Virus record (IMG/VR): IMGVR_UViG_3300049215_000227
Location: 1 to 39,997 of that record
DNA from: a virus
Taxonomy: Duplodnaviria; Heunggongvirae; Uroviricota; Caudoviricetes
Direction: 5' to 3' (one strand)
Length of the DNA: 39,997 nt
Shown here: one piece after another, positions 26,037-35,857 of the stretch
Layout of the letters: every line of letters starts with the position of its first letter
Position numbering within the stretch: position 1 is the stretch's first letter
The notes under the pieces: model-generated
Told to the model about the DNA's origin: nothing
Databases searched by the model: none
What the model saw: only the letters and a program-made list of their open reading frames with translations
Made by a program: the position numbers and the translations under genes

Positions 26037-26448
26037 ATAATTCTTCCCAGCAATCATTCTCTCTCACTATGGAGATGACCTGCTTTATCCTTATCTCGCT
26101 GATACCTTTATACCCGCTCACTTCGGTCACCGATAGACCTAGGGCTAACAAGCATATCACGGACTGCTCTATGTCGCTAAAGTTACTTAGCAACCTTTGA
26201 AACTTTTCTGAAGGTGGGTTATTAAATACGTGCCAGAGGAGGTGCGCGATCTCGCGATCGGCTGCGTACGCTTTATTTGACTTGTTTAAGTAAGCGACGA
26301 ATGAGGACGGAGGGTTTCCACTTAGATAGTGCACCCAGAGATCTTGTCTTTGATCTTCGTTATCAGTCAGACTGTTGATTAGGCTGCTGATCAGCTTCGC
26401 CGGATCCACCTTCGACTCCAATACTATCTGTATATGCGTCGAAGTCAA
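26008..26448 (-). CDS. Minimal ECF sigma-like / HTH transcription factor
   Basis: EDQRQDLWVHYL (region-2-like) and FSDIEQSVICLLALGLSVTEVSGYKGISEIRIKQ (region-4 HTH). The true start may be GTG 26409. Confidence 0.55.
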   Translation of the reverse strand: MTSTHIQIVLESKVDPAKLISSLINSLTDNEDQRQDLWVHYLSGNPPSSFVAYLNKSNKAYAADREIAHLLWHVFNNPPSEKFQRLLSNFSDIEQSVICLLALGLSVTEVSGYKGISEIRIKQVISIVRENDCWEELYGVKEKTHG

Positions 26449-26821
26449 CCAGCGTCATCTTTGCTATCCAATTTGGACCGCAAAAACCTTTGACAAAAGA
26501 ATCAAGCATCTGAAGGAAGTCTAAACTTCCTTCTTTCTTCAAGAAGCGCTTGAATCTCCACAGGCCGAACAGCGACTTAGCAGTGGAGAGCTTCTTGTAA
26601 GTATCGACCTTCTTGAGGAGGTCCTTATTGATGTAAATAACATAATCAACAACCTTATCCTCAGGACGGATCTTAACTTCTACGGCTTGTACGTCCGTAT
26701 GAACAATTGAACCATAGAAGAACAACTGGTTCTTGACAGAATCCGGCACGAGACCGTTGTTTAACAACCATCTCTGCGTATCTACCATATCTGTAAGAGA
26801 AAGTCTCTCTTGCTGATCCAT
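26363..26821 (-). CDS. Hypothetical protein
   Basis: 152-aa ORF with AAGGAG Shine-Dalgarno. Confidence 0.7.
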   Translation of the reverse strand: MDQQERLSLTDMVDTQRWLLNNGLVPDSVKNQLFFYGSIVHTDVQAVEVKIRPEDKVVDYVIYINKDLLKKVDTYKKLSTAKSLFGLWRFKRFLKKEGSLDFLQMLDSFVKGFCGPNWIAKMTLVDFDAYTDSIGVEGGSGEADQQPNQQSD

Positions 26822-26854
26822 TGTTACTCCTTGGTGCTATCCACCATTAAAACT

Positions 26855-26863
26855 ATTATACCA
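26855..26863 (-). promoter_or_regulatory. Extended -10 TGGTATAAT heading the packaging operon
   Basis: attatacca on + strand in the intergenic gap. Confidence 0.65.
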
Positions 26864-26875
26864 GGTGGATAACTC

Positions 26876-27904
26876 TTAATTTGCAAGTCTAGACTCGCTT
26901 AAAATAGCTTTCGCTTGCTTTAATAACTCATCTTTATCAAGTGAACCAGAGTAAACTTTAACCACGTACTCTGATAGAATATGTTCCATCGACTTCGCCT
27001 CAATGGAGACCTTTTTCTTCTCCTTATCGACGAACTTCGTCTTCACCTTCACATCAACATCGGCAACAGCATTAAGATACCTAGCAGATCCAAGGTAACC
27101 AACTACTTCTGCTTGAGGACCTTCGATTTCTATTACCCAATGATCCTTGCTACCCTTAACTTCTTGTTCTACTAAGGATTGTGCTTCTTCGATAGTTGAA
27201 TGCTCTGATACCACGAGTACCAATCTGCGCCACGTTGGCAGCGGAGTTGGATGAAAGGTCTCTGCGTACGTAGCCATATCAAAGATGGAGATTCCTTTGA
27301 CTTGGTCAACGTCTGAAGCAGACTGACTAAATGGAGAGCCGACATATATGATGTCACATCGTCCCTCCCCGACCAACCGCTGTCGCTTATGGATGTGCCC
27401 TGAGATGACAAGTTGACAAGAACCAAGGCGTCCTGGATCGACGCCCGTTGTGTCCCGGATAGGGCCATAATCTGCTCCTAAAAAGGTTTGATGAGCTACT
27501 ACAACAGGAAGAGTGTTGTTTGGAAACTTGGCGCCGTCGTGCTGATAGGGAACGAAGGTCATGTCAAAGAGATTAGTAACCTCGTCGATCACATAAAAGT
27601 TTTTGATCTTGCCCTTAAAGGGAAGCATCGCATGATAGCGACTATCGTTGGGCTTATACATGTCGTGATTGCCAACGAGATAGACATAGGGAATATTGAG
27701 ACTGAGCACGTGATAGACGTGCTTCATGAACTCAACTAGAACCTCAGAACGCAGCACTGCATGAGTATCAAACGTATCGCCAAGATTGACGACAAGATCC
27801 GGCTTCTCCCTCTCGATGAGCTGGTTGAGCCAGGTCAGGAAGCGAGTAGCTAGGTCAAAGCGATTGATCTTAAGGTGAGGATCACCGATGAAAAGTACCT
27901 TCAT
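26876..27904 (-). CDS. Mre11/SbcD/T4 gp47-like recombination nuclease
   Basis: Phosphoesterase motifs GDPH, GDTFD, GNHD, AHQ, GHIH and YVGSP. Confidence 0.85.
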   Translation of the reverse strand: MKVLFIGDPHLKINRFDLATRFLTWLNQLIEREKPDLVVNLGDTFDTHAVLRSEVLVEFMKHVYHVLSLNIPYVYLVGNHDMYKPNDSRYHAMLPFKGKIKNFYVIDEVTNLFDMTFVPYQHDGAKFPNNTLPVVVAHQTFLGADYGPIRDTTGVDPGRLGSCQLVISGHIHKRQRLVGEGRCDIIYVGSPFSQSASDVDQVKGISIFDMATYAETFHPTPLPTWRRLVLVVSEHSTIEEAQSLVEQEVKGSKDHWVIEIEGPQAEVVGYLGSARYLNAVADVDVKVKTKFVDKEKKKVSIEAKSMEHILSEYVVKVYSGSLDKDELLKQAKAILSESRLAN

Positions 27905-28326
27905 TCCTTCTCACAATCCTTCAAGACAACTTCCTCGAAGATCTTATCTACGTCATAGCGCTCAAAATCTTCTTCATCGCCAATCATGAATAGCTTAGCA
28001 TCAGATGCCCAAGGCATGATCTGTATGCCCAGAGGACCTACAGCTGTCCAAATCTGCAAGATATTTGTGCCAGGAACAACTTGAGGAGGACCGTATATAT
28101 TTAACGACGCGACCCACATATGGTAGATGCGTACGTTGATGAAGACATATTTAGGTAGAACTTTTGGCTTCTTTTGAGCGACCAATAAAGCTAGTTGACT
28201 AACTTCTTCAAATGTCGGAATGTCAGAAACGGTCTGAAAGTTTATCTCTTCGCCGTTTGCTAGGTAATACTGGATGTGCATATGATCTTCTCTATCTCCG
28301 TGATAGGTACCGGAGTGAAGTTCCAC
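27901..28326 (-). CDS. Hypothetical protein
   Basis: ORF of up to 141 aa filling the gap and coupled to the nuclease gene; start uncertain. Confidence 0.55.
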   Translation of the reverse strand: MELHSGTYHGDREDHMHIQYYLANGEEINFQTVSDIPTFEEVSQLALLVAQKKPKVLPKYVFINVRIYHMWVASLNIYGPPQVVPGTNILQIWTAVGPLGIQIMPWASDAKLFMIGDEEDFERYDVDKIFEEVVLKDCEKE

Positions 28327-28847
28327 TGATCCACGCCGACGTTGATCATTTTACCCACGACCTTCCATTTCTCGTGAACATGGCCGCAGATGAGCCATCT
28401 ACCGTCATCTTTAGGTCGCCACTTCTCATACTTATCGTCACCAGGATGCATGAAGACATAGGGATGATGGCAGAGATTTACGGTTGCTACGCCGGGAATA
28501 TCTAGCGTCGTTTGCTCCGGTAAGACCGTCCAGCCGTGCTGCTCGTAGTAGGCTTTCCACTTGGCGCGGTTCTCTTCACTTCGCCCCTTCTTGTGATATG
28601 AGTGGCAGAAGTCATGGTTTCCAGGCACCAGTAGCTTAGTGCCGTTGAGTCGCGGAGTGTAAACTTCAACGGCTCTGGCAGCAAGGCTAAAGTCGCCCAA
28701 ACAGTAGACGGTATCATCTGGGGTTACTACCTTGTTCCAATTACTGATCATCGCCTCGTTCATCTCTTCCACTGAGGCGAACGGGCGATTACAGTAATTT
28801 ATGACATTTGCATGCCAATAGTGAGGATCAGATGTGAAATAGATCAC
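28260..28847 (-). CDS. Calcineurin-like metallophosphoesterase
   Basis: FTSDPHYWH, LGDF, GNHD, CHHP, GHVH and NVGVD motifs. Confidence 0.9.
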   Translation of the reverse strand: MIYFTSDPHYWHANVINYCNRPFASVEEMNEAMISNWNKVVTPDDTVYCLGDFSLAARAVEVYTPRLNGTKLLVPGNHDFCHSYHKKGRSEENRAKWKAYYEQHGWTVLPEQTTLDIPGVATVNLCHHPYVFMHPGDDKYEKWRPKDDGRWLICGHVHEKWKVVGKMINVGVDQWNFTPVPITEIEKIICTSSIT

Positions 28848-29960
28848 TTAGTCTCCGAGATCGATGTTGATGACATCAGCAGTATCATCAGCAACAATCC
28901 CGTTTGCATCAACGGAAACATCAGCGTCTTTATAGGCATAGCAAGCTTCCAGAATTTCCTCTTGAATCTTCTTGGAAGAAGCCACGAACGCTTTCATGTT
29001 GTCTTCGCCCTTGATCGGATCGTAGTTGCCGAATTGCCACATCATCGTGTTTTCTTTACCAGTATTTGTACTGATCGGATGGAAAACGATGTTCAAGGAC
29101 TTGGCAAGCTCAAAGATCTCGTTAGACGTATCTACAACGCCATGATCATAATCGAACGTGAACTGAGCCACACGAGCAGGAACACCCATGCGGTTCTTCT
29201 TAACCTTGATACGAACCTTGTGACCGCGTTGCTGAGCGCTGCCAGTGATGGTTTCGCCCTTCTCGATGACTCCAGCCTTCGTATCTAGCTTGATGATCTC
29301 AAGCATCAGGTCACCAGCGTGCTTCAACGCCTGACCGTCAGGGAGGACGTATGGATTTCTCAACGCCTTCATTGGGTCAATCTGAATAGAGACTTGCTGA
29401 ATGAAGAAGGTGAGCAGGTGATGCTCAGCAATGACAGGAAGAATGAGCTTGAATGCGCTGGGCAAATAGTTTGCGCCGGTACCACCCATGATCATGTCTG
29501 TGGTTTGCTTCTTGATGTCCTTAGGAAACCTAATTGCACGAACAGAATCGACAACGACAGCTTTGACAGGAGCACCCTCTTGAAGGGCTTCGAGAAGCTC
29601 TCCGCCGATGTAGTCAAAGATCTTAAGTGGATCATTTGACTTGCGAACGATGAGCCTGTTAGGATCACCACCAAGCTTGACAAAGAAGTCAACGTTAAAC
29701 GAGAACTCAGCATCAAACCAGATAGCGATAGCTTCACTATCTCTTCGCTGTAATTCAACAATAGCCATCATTGCTAACATGGACTTGCCGCAGGATTCAG
29801 GTCCGTATAGAACATTGATCTTACCTGGCATGAAGCCACGCTTTGCAGTAGCCCAATTAAGAGACGGAGACCACGCTGGGATTGGAGTTGGTTCGGCACT
29901 CTTTAAGCTAGCCGCGGCCACGCCAAAATCATTGGTCAACTTACTCATCCACTTACTCAT
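28848..29960 (-). CDS. recA: RecA/UvsX-like recombinase
   Basis: Walker A GPESCGKS, FDAE, Walker B VVVDSV, G.ALKH, KVKKNR. Confidence 0.9.
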   Translation of the reverse strand: MSKWMSKLTNDFGVAAASLKSAEPTPIPAWSPSLNWATAKRGFMPGKINVLYGPESCGKSMLAMMAIVELQRRDSEAIAIWFDAEFSFNVDFFVKLGGDPNRLIVRKSNDPLKIFDYIGGELLEALQEGAPVKAVVVDSVRAIRFPKDIKKQTTDMIMGGTGANYLPSAFKLILPVIAEHHLLTFFIQQVSIQIDPMKALRNPYVLPDGQALKHAGDLMLEIIKLDTKAGVIEKGETITGSAQQRGHKVRIKVKKNRMGVPARVAQFTFDYDHGVVDTSNEIFELAKSLNIVFHPISTNTGKENTMMWQFGNYDPIKGEDNMKAFVASSKKIQEEILEACYAYKDADVSVDANGIVADDTADVINIDLGD

Positions 29961-29961
29961 A

Positions 29962-30408
29962 TTACATACCCTCGTACGGAGTCAAATTCTGGTCACCATA
30001 AGCGATCTTCTTGAGATCGTCATGCGCCTGTCTCAGCTGGGAAAGCTTGCTCTTCATCAAGGCAACTAGGGCCTCCGTTTGTGCCCTACGTTCCTTGGCA
30101 GAAAGAACATCTTTGTCTACGCAGACATATTGCTTTCTAGCTTCACTGGTATCTTTGATGCCTCTAGATTCTAGATACTCCTTGGCTCTATCCAAGTAGG
30201 CAATGGCTTCGGCCTCTTCGACCTTAGCCTTTGCCCTAGAATCTTCCTGCATCGCTTTTGCAAGTAGATGAGCAGCTACGTCTTGACCCATGATGTAATC
30301 TTGCAAGTAAACAGGAGCCATCATCTTGTTGATAGATGACAGCTCCTTTATCTTGTTTACATATTGGGCGAGACGAGTGATATCTACCTTTTCGGTTAGA
30401 TCACTCAT
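29962..30408 (-). CDS. Helical protein, possible UvsY-like recombination mediator
   Basis: 148-aa all-helical protein between SSB and RecA; function inferred from position and size only. Confidence 0.45.
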   Translation of the reverse strand: MSDLTEKVDITRLAQYVNKIKELSSINKMMAPVYLQDYIMGQDVAAHLLAKAMQEDSRAKAKVEEAEAIAYLDRAKEYLESRGIKDTSEARKQYVCVDKDVLSAKERRAQTEALVALMKSKLSQLRQAHDDLKKIAYGDQNLTPYEGM

Positions 30409-30416
30409 GGTGTTCC

Positions 30417-31508
30417 TTAGGAGTTAAGGATTCTGTCTGCGGCCGTCATGAAGTCATCGTCCGCCGCAGCCGGTGCACTTCCAGCTTTATTAGCAGCAGA
30501 AAAAGAGCTGCCATTGCCCGCTCTTGTTGCAGCCGCCGCAGATGCTCGAGAATTACCGGATCCACCTTCGGAATCTTCTCCATCGTCGTCTCCGTCGTTA
30601 AGATTCAGCGTCACGCCGCGACCTTGAGTCACACCCGCTGGGCGAGTATTCGTCCTAGCAGTTGCTGCCGCCTTCGCGGTTGGTGCCGTCAACGATGGCT
30701 CAACGTCAAGATCAGCGTCTGGGCAGATCGCGATGATGCCTGGCATGTTAGCTTCAAGAATCTCTTGTAGATCCTCAAACGTCTTGGTTTGATAGATTGC
30801 AGAGAGATCGTACGCCATGTTGTCGTAGTTCTCAACAACGGCCTCAGGGAGAGGAGAGCGATCGTCGACGAACGAAACGCCTCCGTTTGCACCCTTTACC
30901 TTTGTAGAGACCTTCTTGACGTCGTACTCGGTATCGCGGAACTTACCGGTAGCGTTCGAACGAATCACGTCGAACCATACGCCGGAATCATCGTCTGCGC
31001 TATTGAGAGACGTAGGATCTTGGTTGTAGTCTTGGATGTACTGGTTCATCTCAGCCTTCATCTTCTTGTGAGCTGTAGATTTCAGCTCTAGAAGACCGAC
31101 TTCACCGCTCTTGTCAGCAGCGTTGTAGACGTACACGGTCTTAGGAATGAGGTTGCCGATGAGCTCTTGCAAGCCCTTAACACGCTCCTTGATGTCATCT
31201 TCAGATGCGCCAGAAGCCTTCAACTGAGACGTTAAGTCCTCAGCACGCTTCTTAAGCTTGTTGACATAATCAGTAACAGGGCAACGCTTCTCAGAGGTCA
31301 TCGAGGAAGCAAATGGACGAGCGCGACCACTCTCTGGATCAGTAAGACCCCAGATGATCTGCCACTTGCGATAAGGATAGCCGTTTGAGTTTTCGCCGAA
31401 CGGAGGAAGGATGCGATAGACGTTGTGTCCGTCTTTCACCTTGTGTCTTTTCCATTCTTTGCGGGATTTGAGAGAATCGAGATTGAGTTTAATTTTGGAA
31501 TTAGTCAT
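30417..31508 (-). CDS. Single-stranded DNA-binding protein (T4 gp32-like)
   Basis: N-terminal RILPP, CP, TEYDV, low-complexity linker and acidic tail; sits in the RecA operon. Confidence 0.7.
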   Translation of the reverse strand: MTNSKIKLNLDSLKSRKEWKRHKVKDGHNVYRILPPFGENSNGYPYRKWQIIWGLTDPESGRARPFASSMTSEKRCPVTDYVNKLKKRAEDLTSQLKASGASEDDIKERVKGLQELIGNLIPKTVYVYNAADKSGEVGLLELKSTAHKKMKAEMNQYIQDYNQDPTSLNSADDDSGVWFDVIRSNATGKFRDTEYDVKKVSTKVKGANGGVSFVDDRSPLPEAVVENYDNMAYDLSAIYQTKTFEDLQEILEANMPGIIAICPDADLDVEPSLTAPTAKAAATARTNTRPAGVTQGRGVTLNLNDGDDDGEDSEGGSGNSRASAAAATRAGNGSSFSAANKAGSAPAAADDDFMTAADRILNS

Positions 31509-31554
31509 ATTTACTCCAGAGGTTATTGTTCAAGGCCATTATTGGCGTACTTCT

Positions 31555-31563
31555 ATTATACCA
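31555..31563 (-). promoter_or_regulatory. Extended -10 TGGTATAAT upstream of the SSB-RecA operon
   Basis: attatacca on + strand. Confidence 0.65.
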
Positions 31564-31567
31564 CGTT

Positions 31568-31705
31568 TTACCACTCGTCGCCACCCGAGCCGTGATATTC
31601 TTCCATGTGATCGTCTAGACAGTACCCACAAACAGGATCGCTGCAGACGTCACAAACTTCGTTGTCGCCAATAGGCTCGTCGCAGCCAGAACAATTCTCA
31701 TCCAC
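31568..31705 (-). CDS. Small acidic zinc-finger protein (45 aa)
   Basis: Manual translation MDENCSGCDEPIGDNEVCDVCSDPVCGYCLDDHMEEYHGSGGDEW*; GTG start behind GAGGAGG. Confidence 0.75.
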   Translation of the reverse strand: MDENCSGCDEPIGDNEVCDVCSDPVCGYCLDDHMEEYHGSGGDEW

Positions 31706-32207
31706 GATTCTTCGCCTCCTCATTGGTGACAGCAGGCTTGCCAACAGTTTTCTTTGGCTTGCCAGTCATGTAGGACTCGATGTCCTTCTCATCAAGGAGA
31801 TCGAGTCCAGCTTGGTAGAAAGGACCCGTCGAATTAAAGTCACCTACATAGTAGATCAACTTAGTATTGATAGGTCGATTCCTAAGTTCATAATCCAGCA
31901 CCTTATCGAACACGGCTGGATACTCAGTCTTTAAAATTCGAACGATGATGGCTGAAAGGTCGTTGTCGTTCTCGTACGCCAAACCCTCATAGTTGACCAA
32001 ACGGAACTTGAACACGTTCAGCTCCGGATCATACTTCTGACCGATTGCGTTTAGAACCTCGCGAAGATGGTTGATGCCAGTTTGCTTCTTCTTTGGTGCC
32101 TTAGATGCTTGCGATCTGATCTGCTCCAGGAAGGTAGGTTGAGTGATTACGATTTCACCCTTCTCTAACGTTACTGGTGCTTCTTTAACTACGACGAATT
32201 TTGCCAT
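31698..32207 (-). CDS. Hypothetical protein
   Basis: 169-aa ORF with AGGAG Shine-Dalgarno. Confidence 0.7.
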   Translation of the reverse strand: MAKFVVVKEAPVTLEKGEIVITQPTFLEQIRSQASKAPKKKQTGINHLREVLNAIGQKYDPELNVFKFRLVNYEGLAYENDNDLSAIIVRILKTEYPAVFDKVLDYELRNRPINTKLIYYVGDFNSTGPFYQAGLDLLDEKDIESYMTGKPKKTVGKPAVTNEEAKNRG

Positions 32208-32249
32208 CTTGTTCTCCTGTCGGTATGGTACCTACGATTGTTTTTGAGG

Positions 32250-35200
32250 CTATTCAACTCTTTCGATTTCGTCAATCTGTAAGCTTACCGGAGTCTTCCA
32301 ACCCGGCTTTAGCTTGCCTCGAACATAAACGATAGTGTTCTTTTCCCATCCAAGGGCAGCAGTGCGATTCCAATCGGTGCACTCAAGCGTGGCGTATCCG
32401 TCAGAAAGATAAACTGCAACCTTAGACCAAGGTCTGCCGCTCTTCTTAGAGACTCCCTTGGAGAAAGAGGAAGATTCAAACAGAAGGATCATCCCGACTT
32501 CCTTGTCGAAGTTCTTCTTGATCAAGCCCTCTGCAACCTTAATGTTCGATAGGATAGGGGTATCGCCCATCATAAGCGGAACGCCCGATCTTCCCGTGTC
32601 GTTAAGTGCTGGCCACTTACTCTTGATAACGTTGACGATACCTGAGTCAGACAACAGGTTCTTATTGAACGCCTGGTTGTGCTCCTTCTCCATCAAGAAG
32701 ACAGATAGAGGATCAACGTTGAACACATCTGGCTGCAACTTGATCTCCTTGCCTCTCAACTTCTTATATTCCTCGATGAAGGCAAGACGTCGCTGACTGT
32801 AGTCTTGGATGCTCAAATCCATCATGTCGTCAGCAGCTCTTCCCTTGATGAGGTACGAGATACCGCCAGAGTTCACCTTAGCGTGGTCAATTCTCTTTAC
32901 AAAGTCCTCTAAGGTTGGGAATGGTCCCTTCGAGCACAACTCCCTAACGACCGCGGGACCAACACCCTTGATAGCCGAAAGCGGCGTGACGATGAATCTC
33001 TCCCCGTTGATCTCGCGAACAGCGAACTTGTCCGTCGGATACTTGAGAGATGGTGGTCTTACCAAACTGCCAAGCTTCGCCATGTAGTGGCGAGTCTTAG
33101 CCTCATCGTCGATGTGCACGTTGAGAACGGATGCCCACCACTCTAGCGGATGGTGATGCTTCAAGTACATCGTGATATAACCCAACTCGCTGTACGCGTA
33201 GGAGTGAGACTTGTTGAACGAGTAGCGAGAGAAGGCCTGAATCTGCTTACAGATAGTCTCGATCGCGTCGTTATCCCAGCCTCTCTCACGGCAAGACTTA
33301 CGAATCTTGTCGTAGGTCGCCATAATTACGTCCTGCTTCTTCTTAGCGATAGCACCACGAATAAGGTCAGATTGCTCCCAGCTGTAACCCGCAACTTCCA
33401 CCAGGAATCGCATGACTTCTTCCTGATAGACGAAGACCCCGTAGCTATCCTTCAAGATTGGCTCTAGATCAGGGTGTAAGTATTCCTGCGTTCTGACGCC
33501 ATTCTTGACGTCCATGTAGTATTGGGCGGCCGTCGTGTCGTACAGCGGAGCGTCAAGAGCACCTGGACGAGCCACAGCGGTGAAGTCCATCAGATCCTTG
33601 CGTCGCGTAGGGCAGAACTCTTGGACCATCCCTTTGATGAGTTCAGTGTTGTACTGAAACGACGAGTCCGTATCCTTGTTGTAGAAGTCAGCGTAGATGG
33701 ACTCATCTTCTGGCAGACGGTAGATGAGCGGAACACCGTTGAGCTCTTCCAGGTAGTCAATCTTGCCTTTCAAGAGTTGAACGCAGTCAGAGACGGCCGT
33801 CAGCGTCTTGATTCCGAGGATGTCAGCTTTAACAAGACCGCACTTCTCAACCATCGCCGCGTCATACTGCGTGCAGATGATGTCTCCGAGCGCCTTATCT
33901 TTCATCACCATAGTTGGAACGCGATCTGCCGCTAGATCCAAAGTGGAGATAACGAACGCTGACGCATGTCGAGACCAGCCGCGAATCGTTCCGATGAGCT
34001 TCTTCACCATCTTCTCGACGTCTGGATACGCCGCAAAGAAGTTGGCTAGATTCTTGTTCAACTCTACCTGGCCAGGGTTATAGTTGCCTTCCTGGTCTGT
34101 AAAGCCATACAAGAAGTCATGCTCGTCGTGAATCTCTTGCGGCGAGTCGGGAATAGAGTCGCAGATGGCCTTAACTTCTGGATCGTTACGATTCCTGCCG
34201 TACAAGGCGAACATCGCGTCCTTGATGGCGTTCTTCGTCTTCATCCGTTGAAAAGTAGCGATCTGAGCGAATCCAGCCTTATACTTGTTGCGCAAGTAAT
34301 CCATGATGAGCGCTCTTGCGCGGTCACCGATGTCGGCGTCAATGTCTGGAAAAGATCCAGCTCTAATACGAGCATGAGACAAGAAGCGTTCGAAAGGCAG
34401 GTTGGCCTTGATAGGATCAACATGAATGATCTTTAGGTAATAGCTGATTAGAGACCCGCCAGCAGAACCGCGGGCGATATTCTGAAGAATGCCCTGTGAG
34501 CGAGCAAACCTGCCGATATCCTCATACACCAAGAAGTACGGAATGAAGTTCAGCTTCTCATTCTTCATGATGACGTCAAGTTCTTGCTTGAACCTGGCGA
34601 CATAGACCGGGTCGTCATTCCAGCGGCCATGCTGCTGGATCAACTCCATCATGTAATAATAAGTTTGTCGATCATAATCAGGAGTCTTAGCTTGGATGTG
34701 CTCTGGGATGTCGATTCGTGGCAGGTGGTAGTCAAACGAAACCCTGATATCTTTCGCGCTATTTGCCACTTCAAAAGTGTTCTCGATCCATTGGCTAAAT
34801 CGTTCCTCGCTAAGCCATTCGCCAAGATGCGCTCTGAGTTTGTCATACATCTGCTCCGCTCTAAGTTGGTGATAGGACTCATAGAAGTACCAGCCGTTTG
34901 AGTTACCGTTCTTCAAGAGACAATCTTGGATGATCTTGTCTTCTGGCATGATGAAGTGGGCATCCGTAACCGGAATGCACTTTCCACCGTGCTTATCAAT
35001 CATGTCCTTCAGGAACAGATTGTAGTGCTTCTGCTTATTACCGTCGCAAGAGCACTCGTCACCTGGGATTGGGTCAAAACCCCCAGTTTGCTTATTAAAG
35101 TTATGAGTGACATCGTTGCAGTGAAACTCGACGTACAGCTCATCTCCAAAGAGCTCTCTGTACATGAGGAATCGCTCTTCGGCGAGAGCACGATCGTTAT

Positions 35201-35810
35201 TCCAAAACGCTTGGCCAATAGGTCCTGCGATGCATCCTGTGCCAAACTTAATCCCCTTCTTATATTGCTTAATCTGGTCGAACGTGACGCGGGCCTTAAC
35301 AGAGCCGAAGTACGAGACTGTATCGCCGTAAGCCAATGACGACAGCTTCATGAGGTTATGGTATCCCTCTGTGCTCGCGGCCCAAGCAGTGATGTGATAA
35401 TGGCTCTTATCTTCTGCGTTTAGCTTAACGTACAGCTCAACTGCGGGAATGAGAGTTACGGCATCTGTTTTGTACGGCGTATACGAGGCGTTAACATACG
35501 CGTCAATGGCAGCCTTATTATCTTTCTGCCACTTCTTCTTGAACTCTAGCGTTGGCTCCAACGTGTTGATATTTTCTTCAGTGTACTTCTCAACAAGTTC
35601 CTCGGTCTTATTCTTGTTGTAGTTCTCGATGAACGTCTTGCACTTAAGTGCGTCAAACATCGAGATGGCCGTACCGTGATCGGTGATTGCAAGAGCCGGA
35701 GTACCAGACTCTAAGCACCATCCAACCCACTCTTCAGGTGAAGGGACTGCGTCTAGCAGAGAATACTTTGAATGATTATGAAGCTGTGCTGGTTCCTTGA
35801 AACGAGGCAT
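32250..35810 (-). CDS. dnaE: DNA polymerase III alpha subunit (family C, DnaE-type)
   Basis: PHP motifs HNHSKYS, TDHG, TDAH; RGSAGGS, FERFL, PDIDAD, KADILG, YQEEVM, YSFNKSH; C-terminal OB fold. Start moved to ATG 35810 because the ORF-track TTG start overlaps the -10 box. Confidence 0.95.
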   Translation of the reverse strand: MPRFKEPAQLHNHSKYSLLDAVPSPEEWVGWCLESGTPALAITDHGTAISMFDALKCKTFIENYNKNKTEELVEKYTEENINTLEPTLEFKKKWQKDNKAAIDAYVNASYTPYKTDAVTLIPAVELYVKLNAEDKSHYHITAWAASTEGYHNLMKLSSLAYGDTVSYFGSVKARVTFDQIKQYKKGIKFGTGCIAGPIGQAFWNNDRALAEERFLMYRELFGDELYVEFHCNDVTHNFNKQTGGFDPIPGDECSCDGNKQKHYNLFLKDMIDKHGGKCIPVTDAHFIMPEDKIIQDCLLKNGNSNGWYFYESYHQLRAEQMYDKLRAHLGEWLSEERFSQWIENTFEVANSAKDIRVSFDYHLPRIDIPEHIQAKTPDYDRQTYYYMMELIQQHGRWNDDPVYVARFKQELDVIMKNEKLNFIPYFLVYEDIGRFARSQGILQNIARGSAGGSLISYYLKIIHVDPIKANLPFERFLSHARIRAGSFPDIDADIGDRARALIMDYLRNKYKAGFAQIATFQRMKTKNAIKDAMFALYGRNRNDPEVKAICDSIPDSPQEIHDEHDFLYGFTDQEGNYNPGQVELNKNLANFFAAYPDVEKMVKKLIGTIRGWSRHASAFVISTLDLAADRVPTMVMKDKALGDIICTQYDAAMVEKCGLVKADILGIKTLTAVSDCVQLLKGKIDYLEELNGVPLIYRLPEDESIYADFYNKDTDSSFQYNTELIKGMVQEFCPTRRKDLMDFTAVARPGALDAPLYDTTAAQYYMDVKNGVRTQEYLHPDLEPILKDSYGVFVYQEEVMRFLVEVAGYSWEQSDLIRGAIAKKKQDVIMATYDKIRKSCRERGWDNDAIETICKQIQAFSRYSFNKSHSYAYSELGYITMYLKHHHPLEWWASVLNVHIDDEAKTRHYMAKLGSLVRPPSLKYPTDKFAVREINGERFIVTPLSAIKGVGPAVVRELCSKGPFPTLEDFVKRIDHAKVNSGGISYLIKGRAADDMMDLSIQDYSQRRLAFIEEYKKLRGKEIKLQPDVFNVDPLSVFLMEKEHNQAFNKNLLSDSGIVNVIKSKWPALNDTGRSGVPLMMGDTPILSNIKVAEGLIKKNFDKEVGMILLFESSSFSKGVSKKSGRPWSKVAVYLSDGYATLECTDWNRTAALGWEKNTIVYVRGKLKPGWKTPVSLQIDEIERVE

Positions 35811-35816
35811 GTCAGC

Positions 35817-35824
35817 ATTATACA
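35817..35824 (-). promoter_or_regulatory. -10 element TGTATAAT 6 nt before the dnaE ATG (leaderless)
   Basis: TGTATAAT-GCTGAC-ATG directly after a terminator. Confidence 0.65.
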
Positions 35825-35857
35825 AAAGAAAAGGGACGCAGTTTTTACGTGCGTCCC
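35824..35857 (-). terminator. Rho-independent terminator
   Basis: GGGACGCA-loop-TGCGTCCC followed by TTTTCTTTT on the minus strand. Confidence 0.8.

Noticed and set aside
23480-35810. Inteins or introns in terL, recA or dnaE
   Set aside because: The frames are continuous and of normal length, with no C/S...HN-C/S/T splice motifs or LAGLIDADG blocks seen.
35811-35825. TTG start of dnaE (MYNAD...)
   Set aside because: Those codons are the TATAAT box and its spacer; ATG 35810 fits the recurring 6-nt spacing.
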